Shown: positions 38,922-48,813, numbered from the stretch's first letter. The stretch: 64,000 bases of DNA from Patescibacteria group bacterium (GCA_034659915.1 JAYEID010000002.1:2089-66088); one strand, 5' to 3'. Notes: generated by a model not told the origin, from the sequence alone. Numbers and translations are program-made.

Positions 38922-41036
38922 CTATTCGCAGAGCGTTTTGCCGTTTGGGTATGTACTTTCTTTCCCGTAGATTTTGGTTATTGGGTGGTTAGCGATGAAG
39001 TATGTTTTTAGTTCTATGTAGCTATCCAGAGTTTTGTCTAGACTTTCGTAGTACCAGCTGATAGGAGCCTCGACTATAATTATATTATCTGCGTCTTTTT
39101 CAAAAACGTTTTCTTGGTCTGCAATTGGTTCTTTTCCAAGGTAAAAAGCGGGAATGCGAGCCTTCTCGTTGGTACTGTAGCTCCCTGTTAAACAACCGTT
39201 TTTGTAAAGCTTTGCTATCTTTTCCCAACCACGTCTGTGTGGGAAACCAAAGATTCCTTGGACTTTGTTGGCAAGATTTTTGTCAATACTAATCATTTCT
39301 CGACCAAAAACTTTTTTACTTCCCCACATATATTCGGGTCTTTTTTCGACGAAGATTTTGTGGTTGTAGGTTAGCGTTGTAGTAGTAATATAGATACCGA
39401 CTAATACTGTAATAAGTTGGACTGCCCGCCCAATTCCCCAGAACCAGGTTCTGGGACCGGTCTTAGAACCTGATTCTTTTCCTTGGCCAGCTCTAGACTT
39501 TGCGTTGAGAAGGGAAAAGGTTTTCGCAATCGTATAACCTGAAAGGATAAACAAGGGGATAAAGATAATATAAACATGGGTGCGGGGAGTTTTGTTGAAG
39601 AACAAGTAAAAACAAGAAGAAGCTAGAAACCAGGCAAAAAGGCTGGCTTTGATTTTATCAATTTTTGGGGTAAAGAAAAGAACGCCAAGGGTAATTAGGG
39701 TTAAAGTGTAAAACATTAAAGTGGATCCGCGCGGTTTGATCCATTGGGTAGAAAACCAGAAGGTGAAAATTAAGGTAACAGGTAATAGGTAATAGGTGAT
39801 AGGGATTAGTTTGCGGAAGGCGGAGAGCGGTGTGCGGAAAGCGGATGTATTTTTGAGAAGAGGGAATTGAGAATTGCGAATGATGAAATATAGAGAAAGG
39901 CAAGAAAGAATTACCAACGCAAAAATCATCTCTTTCGGCATATAGAATTTCATAAGAATTTTGCTATAAAGGGTGCGGGGCATGAAACCACTCCCTAGGA
40001 CTCTTCTTTGCAAATAGTTTGAGGTTTCTCCGGCGGTGGAGTTTAGAAAAAAGGGAACGTAGAAACTTGCTGTTAGAATTAGAAAAGGTGTGAAGAAGGC
40101 TAGGGCTTTCTTTTTCCAAAATCCAAGCTTTATAGAATTGCAGTCATTCTGAGGTCTCCCGGGCTGCTGGGAGGCCGAAGAATCCTCTGCTGTATGCTGC
40201 GTGCTTTGTTGTAGGTGGTCTTTAGTCGCGGGGGATTCTTCGTCGTTTGGAGACTCACTCCTCAGAATGACACGGGATATTAGATCTTTTCCGAAATAGA
40301 AGCAAATAAAGGCAAGGAAGGTTAGCGCGTCGTAGTGGGCGAGTACTGCAATTCCGAAGAGTAATCCGGCTAAACAAAAGTAGCCGCATTCCCCAGCCCC
40401 TGGGGCTGCAGTCAAAGAAGCCCCAGGGGCTTCTCCTGCGGCGGCCGGGGAATCGCCCGGCTTTGATTTTATATTTGCAATTCCAAACAACGATCCTGCT
40501 AGTGGAAGCTGCCCAATTCCCCAGAACCAGGTTCTGGGACCGGTCTTAGAACCTGGTTCTTTTCCTTGGCCAGCCTTTTTGTTCTCAACAGCAAGGAGAA
40601 ATAAGATAATTAAACCAAGTAACAACTGCACAAAGGCTTGGTATTGGGTAATCCTTGAAAAAGCAATGAACAGACCGTTAGTTCCTGCTAGTGCTGCACT
40701 AAGTATGCCTGCCCAATTGTTTTTTGTGAGCTTTCGTGTAACTTCGAAAAGTACATAGACAAAGGCAATACCAGCAAGGGCGTAAGGCAGGCGAATTATC
40801 CATTCTTCCCAGGTACCTGTTAAGTTATATGTCAACCAATTGATAACAAATTGTAAAGGGCCTTTATCGCGGCTCAGGAGGTATTGAATAAAGCTGCCCT
40901 GAAAGTAACGGAAGTCTAGAGTAAGAATTTCGTCACCTTGGTATTCCGCGTATCCTAAATCCTGCAACCGAACCCAGGCGGAGTAGGCGAGCGTGATGAT
41001 AAGTGTTATCTTTTGTGTTAGTTTTAGTTTTTTCAT
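38922..41036 (-). CDS. GT-C glycosyltransferase carrying A, C (x2), D and heptamer insertions
   Basis: EYQGDE, KGPLQF, EWIIRLPYA, FSRITQYQ. Confidence 0.8.
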   Translation of the reverse strand: MKKLKLTQKITLIITLAYSAWVRLQDLGYAEYQGDEILTLDFRYFQGSFIQYLLSRDKGPLQFVINWLTYNLTGTWEEWIIRLPYALAGIAFVYVLFEVTRKLTKNNWAGILSAALAGTNGLFIAFSRITQYQAFVQLLLGLIILFLLAVENKKAGQGKEPGSKTGPRTWFWGIGQLPLAGSLFGIANIKSKPGDSPAAAGEAPGASLTAAPGAGECGYFCLAGLLFGIAVLAHYDALTFLAFICFYFGKDLISRVILRSESPNDEESPATKDHLQQSTQHTAEDSSASQQPGRPQNDCNSIKLGFWKKKALAFFTPFLILTASFYVPFFLNSTAGETSNYLQRRVLGSGFMPRTLYSKILMKFYMPKEMIFALVILSCLSLYFIIRNSQFPLLKNTSAFRTPLSAFRKLIPITYYLLPVTLIFTFWFSTQWIKPRGSTLMFYTLTLITLGVLFFTPKIDKIKASLFAWFLASSCFYLFFNKTPRTHVYIIFIPLFILSGYTIAKTFSLLNAKSRAGQGKESGSKTGPRTWFWGIGRAVQLITVLVGIYITTTTLTYNHKIFVEKRPEYMWGSKKVFGREMISIDKNLANKVQGIFGFPHRRGWEKIAKLYKNGCLTGSYSTNEKARIPAFYLGKEPIADQENVFEKDADNIIIVEAPISWYYESLDKTLDSYIELKTYFIANHPITKIYGKESTYPNGKTLCE
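39428..39491. repeat. Family C element, copy 1 (intragenic)
   Basis: gcccaATTCCCC-AGAACCAGGTTCT-12 nt-AGAACCTGATTCT-TTTCCTtggcc; differs from copy 2 at 1 of 64 nt. Confidence 0.95.
40143..40271. repeat. Family D element, 129 bp (intragenic)
   Basis: GTCATTCTGAGG...CGAAGAATCC...GGATTCTTCG...CCTCAGAATGAC; encodes VILRSESPNDEES...PGRPQND. Confidence 0.92.
40383..40442. repeat. Family A copy 3 (intragenic)
   Basis: Encodes AAGEAPGASLTAAPGAGECG. Confidence 0.95.
40511..40574. repeat. Family C copy 2 (intragenic)
   Basis: Encodes AGQGKEPGSKTGPRTWFWGIG. Confidence 0.95.
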
Positions 41037-41068
41037 TTTCTATTTCGAGTTAATTAAAAATCTCTTTT

Positions 41069-41774
41069 CCCTTTTCGAGCGATTCTTGGAGCGAGAAATC
41101 ACAGTAAGAGAATTTATTCCTATTTTGACTTAATGAGACTTTCCGCTTTGTTGGGATTCGTTCGAAATGGTCCATAGGGTTACTTACCTTTTCGAAGGAG
41201 TCCCGACTGAGGAATCACAATATAAGAAGATCCCTATTTTGATTTCTCCCCAGGCCTCGAAAAGGGAATTGTAGATTCAAGGTTCTTTCCAAGTTGTCTT
41301 AATTGTTTCATTCAGATGTTCTATTTGTTTTTTTCTTTCTTCTGACATATTGTCGATTAGATCTTCCTTCTTCTTTTGGCTATAGTCTTTGATTTGCCTT
41401 TCTCGTTTCAGGGCCTCTCTTTTAGTATCACACATTTCAAAATAAACTAATTTCAACGGTCTTCTTGTTTTGGTATAACTAGGGCCAAGGCCATTGTGGT
41501 GCTTCCAGAATCTTAACTTTAGATCGTTGGTCATCCCAGTATAATATCGTGCAGTTCTAAGTTTAAGTATGTAAATGAAAAACATTTTATTTCTTCCTTT
41601 TCGAGCGATTCTTGGAGCGAGAAATCACAATAAAAGGATTTATTCCTATTTTGATTTCTCAGAGTATTTCGAAATGGGTGATAGGTTTATTTCCCTTTTC
41701 GAGTGATTCTTAGAGCGAGAAATCACAAAAGAAAGATTTTTCCTATTTTGATTTCTCGGCAGACCTCGAAATGG
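41069..41774. mobile_element. GIY-YIG gene bracketed by four 80-100 bp palindromic repeats (41069-41170, 41187-41266, 41596-41678, 41693-41774)
   Basis: Each unit approximates CCTTTTCGA..GAGAAATCA..CCTATTTTGATTTCTC..TCGAAATGG. Confidence 0.85.
41277..41585 (-). CDS. GIY-YIG nuclease (small standalone)
   Basis: FIYIL...YYTGMTNDL..R...H..G....YTKTRRPLKLVYFE...ALKRERQIK. Confidence 0.92.
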   Translation of the reverse strand: MFFIYILKLRTARYYTGMTNDLKLRFWKHHNGLGPSYTKTRRPLKLVYFEMCDTKREALKRERQIKDYSQKKKEDLIDNMSEERKKQIEHLNETIKTTWKEP

Positions 41775-43167
41775 ATCTGTTGCCCTGAAAAGTTTCTAGA
41801 TAAGTTTCTGCAACAGCTTCCCACCTATAACCCTTCGCCATTTCTTTCGCATTTTCTGCTAAGTTTCTGCGTAATTCTGCATTCTTTTCTAATCTTATCA
41901 TCTCTTCCGCGAGTTCCTCGGCGTTTTTAGTTTCGAAGAGAAGTGCGGTTTTTCCATCTTCAAGTATTTCGGCGAGGCCCCCAGTCTTAGAGGCAATTAT
42001 TGGTTTACCTGCTGCTGCTAACTCTAAGGCAACAATGCCGAAGGGTTCTCTGTACGAGGGGATAATTGTAAAGTTTGCGTTTTGTATGTATTGAAGCAGT
42101 TCGATCCCTGATTTGAATCCCACAAAGCTGATTTTTTCCTCTAGGTTTTTTACTTTTACTAATTTTTCTAATTCTTTGCGGCTGGTACCGTCGCCGACAA
42201 TAACTAAATTACTGTTCAACTCGTCTTCTACTTTTGCGTAGGCTTTGATTAAGGTATCCACACCTTTTTTTGGTACTAGACGGCCGAGGTAAAGAATGTA
42301 GGGGGAAAGACTCGCCAATTTTTGAGGGTCGGCTAACTTCTCAACCGCCGCACCTGCCTGCCGGCAAGGCAGGTTCCCTAGCCTCTGGGGCTGCGGAAAA
42401 GAAGCCCCAGGGGCTTCTCCTGCGGCGGCGCAGGCACCTACTTGGGCTAAGGGGCAGCCGGTGCAGGATGATTTTGTGGGTGATAAGTCCCGTCCTTTTT
42501 GTAAGGACGGGACTTTACTTTTTAAAAGGTCTCCGATTTGGAAAAATTTTTGGTCAACACCGTTAGCAATTATTTCAATTTTCTTCTCGGCTTGGGGAAA
42601 GTTATTGGTAAGGTCTTCTTTTATGTATTCGGAGTTAACAATAATTTTTCTTGCGCGGTTAATTAGTTTTTTTAGGAAGAACCGGTACCACAGCTTTTTT
42701 CCAAAAACTTGTAGATCATTGCCGTGGATGTTGAGGATTAGAGGTGCAGGGTTGGGTGAGAATAGGTCGCCGCATTCCTCAGCCCCAGGGGCTGGGTCCG
42801 CAGAAGCCCCTGGGGCTTCTCCTGCGGCTAACGCTAACCAGACATAGACCGAGGAATCGTCCGGAAAGTGGTAGTTGACAATGTCCGGGTTATATTTAGA
42901 AACAAGTCGAACGAGATTGGTTAGACCGGTTAGGAAACGAAAGGGGAACGCAAGGAAACCCAGAAGTGATCGCGGTAAGTTTAACCAGACTCGTTGAACA
43001 TCTATGCCGTCCACTTGAGCTTTTTTCTCTTTTGCCTTACCCATTTGGGAAGCAATAACTAATACTTCATGACCCTTTGCTTTAAATTCTTTTGCCAGAT
43101 TTAAAACAACATTTTCGACCCCTCCAGTAAAAGGAAAAAATCTGGAAGAAATTAAAAGTATTTTCAT
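41743..43167 (-). CDS. GT4 glycosyltransferase with A (x2), B and E insertions
   Basis: FFPFTGGVE, IIANGVD, GRLVPKKG, EPFGIVALE. Confidence 0.9.
   Translation of the reverse strand: MKILLISSRFFPFTGGVENVVLNLAKEFKAKGHEVLVIASQMGKAKEKKAQVDGIDVQRVWLNLPRSLLGFLAFPFRFLTGLTNLVRLVSKYNPDIVNYHFPDDSSVYVWLALAAGEAPGASADPAPGAEECGDLFSPNPAPLILNIHGNDLQVFGKKLWYRFFLKKLINRARKIIVNSEYIKEDLTNNFPQAEKKIEIIANGVDQKFFQIGDLLKSKVPSLQKGRDLSPTKSSCTGCPLAQVGACAAAGEAPGASFPQPQRLGNLPCRQAGAAVEKLADPQKLASLSPYILYLGRLVPKKGVDTLIKAYAKVEDELNSNLVIVGDGTSRKELEKLVKVKNLEEKISFVGFKSGIELLQYIQNANFTIIPSYREPFGIVALELAAAGKPIIASKTGGLAEILEDGKTALLFETKNAEELAEEMIRLEKNAELRRNLAENAKEMAKGYRWEAVAETYLETFQGNRSISRSAEKSK
42345..42428. repeat. Family A copy 4 with nested element E (42353-42373)
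   Basis: ccgccgca[CCTGCCTGCCGGCAAGGCAGG]ttccct...tgcggcgg. Confidence 0.92.
42485..42515. repeat. Family B doublet (intragenic)
   Basis: AAGTCCCGTCCTT-tttgt-AAGGACGGGACTT; encodes KVPSLQKGRDL. Confidence 0.9.
42769..42828. repeat. Family A copy 5 (intragenic)
   Basis: Encodes AAGEAPGASADPAPGAEECG. Confidence 0.95.
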
Positions 43168-43203
43168 TAGGGTAAGAATAGCATATTTGGTTGGTAGTTC
43201 TAG

Positions 43204-45036
43204 TTGTGCTTTAATAGAGGTGTGAAGATAAAGAAGCTCTGGCGTGAAATTTCTATTTTTCTTTTCTCTGTTTTTTTGCGCTTGCCAAAGCTTGGCACGG
43301 GAATTTTCAACGCAGATGCTTTTCGTTGGAAAGCGCGTTCCTATAATTTTTGTAGTGGTTTGTTTGGTTTAGACTTTGCACAAACTGTCCAGTCTTCGCA
43401 TCCTGGGGTTACGCTGATGTGGATTGGAACTGTGGGGATAAAAGTGTACAACGCATTTAACAGTTTATTTCGCGGTTCTTTACCTAGCGGAGATCAGCAA
43501 GTATTTGAATTGCACTTTGTGCAGAAGTTTTTTGTTGTGTTGGTATTTGCCGCTCTTTTTAGTTTTGCTTTTTACCTTTTGCGGAGATTGACAAACACTA
43601 CCATTGCTTTTTTTGCTGTGCTGCTTTTAACTTTTGAACCTCATTTTTTGGCTCACACTAGGATTTTTCATCTTGATGGGCTACTTTCCATGTTTATGTT
43701 TGTTTCTGTGTTGGCACTCCTGTGCTATTTCGAGTTTTCGGGGAATCAAAATAGGGAGGTCAGCGGCGGTGATGAAGGCCAGCCAATTCCTCAACTCCGG
43801 AGGTTAAATCGAACTGCCGCATTCCCAAGCCCCAGGGGCTTCTGCGGACCTAGCCCCTGGGGCTTTCCATGCAGCGGTTTTCCCTTGCTAGTGTGTTTGA
43901 TGCTTTCCGCGGTGTTTGCTGGCCTGGCTTTGCTTACTAAAAGCACCGCCTTATTTCTTATTCCTTTTGTGGGTCTGTTTGTGTTATTGGAATTATTTTT
44001 AAAAAGGGTTCGTCCAGCCGCCTCTCTAATCTCCGAGGTTAAATCCGCAGAAACCTTGGAGGTTTTCCCGGCGGCCTCTTTGTGGAAGGAATATTTTTTG
44101 TCATTTGGGATTTGGATTTTGGTGCTTGCGGCAACTTTCACTGCTTTTTGGCCGGTAATGTGGGTGCAGCCTCTAAAAACTCTTCAACTTTATTATTCTG
44201 GTATTACTTTGGAAGGATTTGGCGGGCACGGAAACTACTTTTTTGGTCAACGGACTACAGATCCTGGACCCTTGTTTTATTTAATGAGCTTGTGGATTCG
44301 GTTGTCACCGTGGCTTTTGGTTCTGGTTGTTTATGAGGTTTTTTCTTGTACTGCAAAAACTCTAAGGTCTTTATGTCAAAAAGAAAAGTTGGGAGTTGTT
44401 TTAAAAAAGAAGGGTTTGACAGTGGCTTTTTCTCTTTTTGTCATTCTTTTTTACATTTTTATATCTGTTCCTTCCAAAAAGCTAGAAAGATATTCTTTGC
44501 CTTTGTACCCAGCCTTGGCTGTATTGGGTGGCGTTGGCCTGTATAATGCCAAGAAAATCTTGGTTGTTTGGCTGAAAAGGTTTGAACTCGGATTTTCAAA
44601 TCTCAAACAGGTTTTGATTTCTAGATTTAATGTAGTAGTGGCATTGTTGCTTTTTGTAGCCTTTATGGGTTCTACTCGAGGGTTGTTTCCGGATTATTTA
44701 GCTTACCGCTCGCCTTTGGCTGAGGGTTTGGAAGGTACTGTGGGTATAATACAGCCTGATTGGGTGTTTGGCGCTTCTCGAGTAGGTGAATTTTTTAATA
44801 GCTTGGAATTGGAAAAAACTCCTGTTGTTTATACTTTTAATCCTGGGCAGTTTCGACTATTTTTGCCTGGATATGTACGAGATACGCAAGATGTGGAAGG
44901 GCTGAGCACCGCAGACTTTATTATTCTTCCTGTTTGGTCGGAGCGTAATTTGGAAATAGATCCTGAGCTTTTTGATCTTGTTGAGGTGATAGAGGTTAAC
45001 AACACTCCTGTATATAATATTTACCAGGCGCGCTGA
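43204..45036 (+). CDS. GT-C (ArnT-like) glycosyltransferase with A and I insertions
   Basis: HPGVTLMW, FEPHFLAHTR, KKLERY. True start may be GTG 43222. Confidence 0.8.
   Translation: MCFNRGVKIKKLWREISIFLFSVFLRLPKLGTGIFNADAFRWKARSYNFCSGLFGLDFAQTVQSSHPGVTLMWIGTVGIKVYNAFNSLFRGSLPSGDQQVFELHFVQKFFVVLVFAALFSFAFYLLRRLTNTTIAFFAVLLLTFEPHFLAHTRIFHLDGLLSMFMFVSVLALLCYFEFSGNQNREVSGGDEGQPIPQLRRLNRTAAFPSPRGFCGPSPWGFPCSGFPLLVCLMLSAVFAGLALLTKSTALFLIPFVGLFVLLELFLKRVRPAASLISEVKSAETLEVFPAASLWKEYFLSFGIWILVLAATFTAFWPVMWVQPLKTLQLYYSGITLEGFGGHGNYFFGQRTTDPGPLFYLMSLWIRLSPWLLVLVVYEVFSCTAKTLRSLCQKEKLGVVLKKKGLTVAFSLFVILFYIFISVPSKKLERYSLPLYPALAVLGGVGLYNAKKILVVWLKRFELGFSNLKQVLISRFNVVVALLLFVAFMGSTRGLFPDYLAYRSPLAEGLEGTVGIIQPDWVFGASRVGEFFNSLELEKTPVVYTFNPGQFRLFLPGYVRDTQDVEGLSTADFIILPVWSERNLEIDPELFDLVEVIEVNNTPVYNIYQAR
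43782..43877. repeat. Half family I element plus family A copy 6 (read in a different frame)
   Basis: gccaATTCCTC-AACTCCGGAGGTT, then A at 43816-43875 encoding AAFPSPRGFCGPSPWGFPCS. Confidence 0.9.
44017..44075. repeat. Family I element (intragenic)
   Basis: gccgcc..AATCTCCGAGGTT-aaatccgcaga-AACCTTGGAGGTT-ttccc-ggcggc. Confidence 0.85.
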
Positions 45037-45078
45037 GTACTTTTGGGGTGTAGCTACGAATAATAAGAATTTATTAAA

Positions 45079-47280
45079 ATGGATTTAAAATTATTTATTA
45101 GGAAAAATTTCTGGTTAATTTTGGTTTTGATTGCTGTTGGACTGCATTTGGCAGTGGCGCTCCGGTTAGCTTTTTTTTGGTACAACAATTACAATATTGG
45201 AAAGTTTGATTTGGGTAATGCTGCCCAGGTTGTTTATAACACACTTCAAGGTGACTTTTTTGTGTATACAAATGAATTTGGTGCGCAGATCAGCCGACTT
45301 TCAAACCACGCTGATTTTATCCTTCTCCTTTTTGTTCCTTTTTTTACTATTTTTAAGACTCCTTTGGTATTGGTTGTTGCTCAGTGCCTTGCTTTATCAA
45401 TAAGTGGGGTGGTTATTTATCTGCTTGCGCAGGAGTTTAATTTTTCCGAATTTGCTTCTTTTCTTTTTGCCGCTGCTTACTTGTTTAATGCAGATGTTGG
45501 TTATTTAGCTTTGGATGCTTTTCACGGTATAACTTTTGCTATTCCTTTTGTGCTGCTTAGTTTTTACTTCTTGGACAAGTACTCTAAGAGCCTGAAAAAG
45601 CGAGATTTAATTTGGTTTTTGCTCATGGCTTTTTTGGTGCTTATTTCTAAGGAGCAGACATCGCTTTTTATTGCTCTCTTGGGTTTGTACGCAGTATTTG
45701 TAAAGAAGCAAGCTAAATTGGGGTGGGGTTTATTTTCTGTGGGAGTGCTTTGGTTTGTTGGATACTTTTTTGTTGTTTCTCCTGCTTTTGGTGAGGCGCG
45801 GATTCAAAGTGCAGAAGTGTATATGCAACAGTTGGGGTTGGGAGCAGAATTGGGGGTAGATTTGCGGGAGAACCCTTTTATTTCTCGTTATGCGCACTTG
45901 GGGGATAGTTTGATTGATCTTGTTACTTTTCCTATTAGAAAGCCTTTTTTATTTCTTTCTGCAGCTTTTGATTGGAAGTATTTAAAAAGAATTTTGCTTC
46001 CTTGGGGATTTTTGCCGCTATTTGCTCCCGGTGCGCTTATTTTGGCTGTTCCCCAGTATTTGATAAATGTTCTCTCGCAGGGCGCTTTTATGACCCACCG
46101 CCACTATGGTGTTTTACATTATATTTCTTTAATCATTCCAATTGTAGCTTATGCTGCTGTTCTAGGTGCAGATAGAGTGAAAAAGTTATTACGGAAAGGT
46201 AGTTATAAGTTAGAATATTTGCCAGCTTTGGCAGTTTTTGTTTTTTCAGTTTTTGTGGCATGGAATGCAGAAAATCCTGTTGTGGTTAACCCAGTGGTAA
46301 TTGGTAGAAGCGATGTCTTGCTAGTGGTTAGGAAATGGGCAGAAGAGCAAGAATTGGAAAGGCTTGCTGCTCTGTTGGGTGGCACGAGTTCTGGTGACGG
46401 GGATCGGGAGTCTTCTGCGGCAAGTGATAAAGAACCTGTGACAGATAGCGGTGATCGGGATGAAGTTGGAGCTACTGAAGAACCTGCAAAGCAAGTATTA
46501 AAGCCGCGAAAAGCTACTAGTGTGTATATTCTAAACCCCCGTCATAGTGGTGGGTACGATTTGGTTTTTGAATATTTAAAGGATAAATCAGGATCCATAA
46601 GTGGGCCAAATTCTCTTGGGGCAAAGCTGGTATTTAGAGATAATTATAATTTTTTTCCTTTACGCTGGCGGGATTCCAAATACGCGGTTGTGGATCTTAG
46701 CGGTCCTCCTAAGTTTTCGGGAAGTAGTGAAAAAAGTATTTCTCAACTTTTGCGTAAACTGCTTTGGGATTTAGAGGAAAGCGATTCTTTTGGGGTTGGT
46801 CTTTCCGGAAATGGTTTGGTTGTATTTGAAAATGGTTTGTCAGCTAGTCTTTATCAAGAGCTTGAACCACGGGTAGAGGAGGATTATGGTTGGTTAAGTC
46901 GCGATATTGTTGTTCGTAATTTTTCTGCTCCGGAGGAAGTTATGAAGGGCGAGGAGTTTAGTTTTGAGCTAGGATGGAGATGTTCTTTTGCAGATGAAAC
47001 CAAGCCTTGTGGAAACTCTTTAGGATCTATGCCCTTTGTGGCTTTGGTTCCCAACGGAGAAAAATTTACTAGTTTTTACGATGCTGTGTACGGAATTTTC
47101 TTGCCACTTGGCAGGGATGTGCACTTATCTCGCTTTGAGCAAACATTAGAAATTCCGCAAAATGTTTCTCCGGGGATTTATAAAATTTGTCTTGGTTGGT
47201 ATGAACTTATTCCCACAGAAATGTCAGGAAATGTTAAGCTGAAGGACGCCGTAGAGTTAGGGCAGGTAATTGTGAAATAA
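45079..47280 (+). CDS. DUF2079-like membrane protein (GT-C-like)
   Basis: FDLGNAAQ, SRLSNHAD, FHG, SKEQ, HY motifs. Confidence 0.75.
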   Translation: MDLKLFIRKNFWLILVLIAVGLHLAVALRLAFFWYNNYNIGKFDLGNAAQVVYNTLQGDFFVYTNEFGAQISRLSNHADFILLLFVPFFTIFKTPLVLVVAQCLALSISGVVIYLLAQEFNFSEFASFLFAAAYLFNADVGYLALDAFHGITFAIPFVLLSFYFLDKYSKSLKKRDLIWFLLMAFLVLISKEQTSLFIALLGLYAVFVKKQAKLGWGLFSVGVLWFVGYFFVVSPAFGEARIQSAEVYMQQLGLGAELGVDLRENPFISRYAHLGDSLIDLVTFPIRKPFLFLSAAFDWKYLKRILLPWGFLPLFAPGALILAVPQYLINVLSQGAFMTHRHYGVLHYISLIIPIVAYAAVLGADRVKKLLRKGSYKLEYLPALAVFVFSVFVAWNAENPVVVNPVVIGRSDVLLVVRKWAEEQELERLAALLGGTSSGDGDRESSAASDKEPVTDSGDRDEVGATEEPAKQVLKPRKATSVYILNPRHSGGYDLVFEYLKDKSGSISGPNSLGAKLVFRDNYNFFPLRWRDSKYAVVDLSGPPKFSGSSEKSISQLLRKLLWDLEESDSFGVGLSGNGLVVFENGLSASLYQELEPRVEEDYGWLSRDIVVRNFSAPEEVMKGEEFSFELGWRCSFADETKPCGNSLGSMPFVALVPNGEKFTSFYDAVYGIFLPLGRDVHLSRFEQTLEIPQNVSPGIYKICLGWYELIPTEMSGNVKLKDAVELGQVIVK

Positions 47281-47319
47281 GGATTTATTTTATTTTTTTC
47301 AAATGTTTTGTATATAGAG

Positions 47320-48813
47320 ATGACTAAATTAGTTAAATGGCAATTTTTTAGTATGATTTCGCGCTTTGCAGCCATGGGCATTGGTATTCTGCAAAGCATT
47401 TTTGTTGTCCGTTATCTTTCCACAGCAGAGTACGGGTTGGTTGGTTTGGTTACCTCGTTGGGAAGTGTGGTTGGAATTCTTTTGCACTTGGGCTTGGTTT
47501 CGGGAACAATTAGGGAAATTGCTGCGAATGAGGACGTGCGCGAAAAATTCCAGATCTTTGTTACATCTTTTTTTATCCGGTTAAGTGTGGCTGTTTTGCT
47601 TTCTCTTGTTCTTTTCTTTTCTGCTCCCTTGGTTGCTCGGAAGTTTTACTCTCATCCAGAGATTGCTTTTCCAATTAGGATTTTTGCAGTAACACTTTTT
47701 GTTCAGTCTGTTCAGGGTATTTTTGATGCAGTGCTTTCAGGTTTTAAGAGATTTAAGCAATTGTTTGTTTTTCAAGTAGCAATTGCTTTAGTCAGCTTGG
47801 CTTTATATATTCCTTTAATTTTAAAATTTGGGTTTTACGGTTACTTTTGGGCAATGTTGGGTCTAGCCATAATTCATTCTTTTGCTCTTTTTGTTTTGGC
47901 AATTGATTGTTTCAGTAAACAGTTTGGTTATTTAGCGTTTCCTCTGAAACAGTTTCCTGCTTTGGTTCAAAAACTGTTTCGTAATTTAGGATGGAATCGG
48001 CTTATTGTTTATGGAAAACGGATCTTTTCTGTAGGTTTTTCTATTTATATTGTTAAAATTTTATTTACTCTTTGGGAAAAATTCGGGCCGTTGGCGTTAG
48101 GTAGAGTAGTTAGCGCTTCGGACTTGGGTATATTTAATTTTGGTTTGTTTTTTGCAACCAAACTTATGACTGCGTCCGATGCGGTAACTGCAGTTAATCT
48201 TCCTGTTTTTTCAGAAAGTTTTGGGGATGGGCTGGAGAAGTTTAGGCAAGAATTTGATTCTAATTTTAAGAAGATTTTTGCTTTTATTACATTTTCTGCT
48301 GCTACTGCTGTTTTTTGGTCTCCTGAGCTTTTTTACATAGTAGTAGGAAGTAAATATAATGCTACTTTGCCTCTTGTTCCTTGGTTAGTTGTTGCTTTTT
48401 GGTGTTATTCTTTTGTCAATATTATTAATTCTAGTATATTAATTCCAGCTAAGATGACTCGAGACATGATTGTTTCTTATTTAATTCTATTGGTGGGAAC
48501 TGCAGTATCGTTTTTTGTTTTACCAGACGGTCTTTATGCAATGGCATATGCGATGTTTCTGGGAAGCGATTTAGCACTACTTTGGCAAGCTTTTGCTCTT
48601 TTGCGCTATCCCGGAATTAGCATTTTTAGGCGGGAGACTGTTGTGCTAATGATTATTTCTATACCTCTTTTTGCTTTGTATCTTGTTTTTTCTAGTTTGG
48701 TTTTTAAAGCTTTGTTCTTTATCGTGATTTTTCTTGCGTTTGCTTATTTTGTGGACAGGTTTGGGATATTAAAATTTAGTAGAGTTTGCGAGCTTATAAA
48801 TAAGCGACTTTAG
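47320..48813 (+). CDS. Polysaccharide flippase (Wzx/MOP superfamily)
   Basis: VRYLSTAEYGL, LGIFNFG, more than 12 TM segments. Confidence 0.82.
   Translation: MTKLVKWQFFSMISRFAAMGIGILQSIFVVRYLSTAEYGLVGLVTSLGSVVGILLHLGLVSGTIREIAANEDVREKFQIFVTSFFIRLSVAVLLSLVLFFSAPLVARKFYSHPEIAFPIRIFAVTLFVQSVQGIFDAVLSGFKRFKQLFVFQVAIALVSLALYIPLILKFGFYGYFWAMLGLAIIHSFALFVLAIDCFSKQFGYLAFPLKQFPALVQKLFRNLGWNRLIVYGKRIFSVGFSIYIVKILFTLWEKFGPLALGRVVSASDLGIFNFGLFFATKLMTASDAVTAVNLPVFSESFGDGLEKFRQEFDSNFKKIFAFITFSAATAVFWSPELFYIVVGSKYNATLPLVPWLVVAFWCYSFVNIINSSILIPAKMTRDMIVSYLILLVGTAVSFFVLPDGLYAMAYAMFLGSDLALLWQAFALLRYPGISIFRRETVVLMIISIPLFALYLVFSSLVFKALFFIVIFLAFAYFVDRFGILKFSRVCELINKRL

Noticed and set aside
41069-41774. CRISPR array
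   Set aside because: Units are 80-100 bp, degenerate and interrupted by a gene; there are no regular unique spacers and no cas genes.
42769-42828. Intein or self-splicing intron reading of the AGEAPGA...ECG inserts
   Set aside because: Far too short, no intein terminal motifs or group I/II core, and read in several frames and both orientations. RNA-level removal is not excluded but has no direct support.
42270-42847. Antisense or alternate-frame ORFs over repeat inserts (also 2819..3112, 3133..3537, 43791..44141, 51124..51390, 63719..63986)
   Set aside because: Shadow ORFs favoured by GC-rich, stop-poor palindromes inside well-supported genes.
46380-46500. Acidic Ser/Gly-rich stretch in the DUF2079-like protein (SGDGDRE..SGDRDE) as another repeat insertion
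   Set aside because: No palindrome and no match to the repeat families; it looks like an ordinary low-complexity linker.
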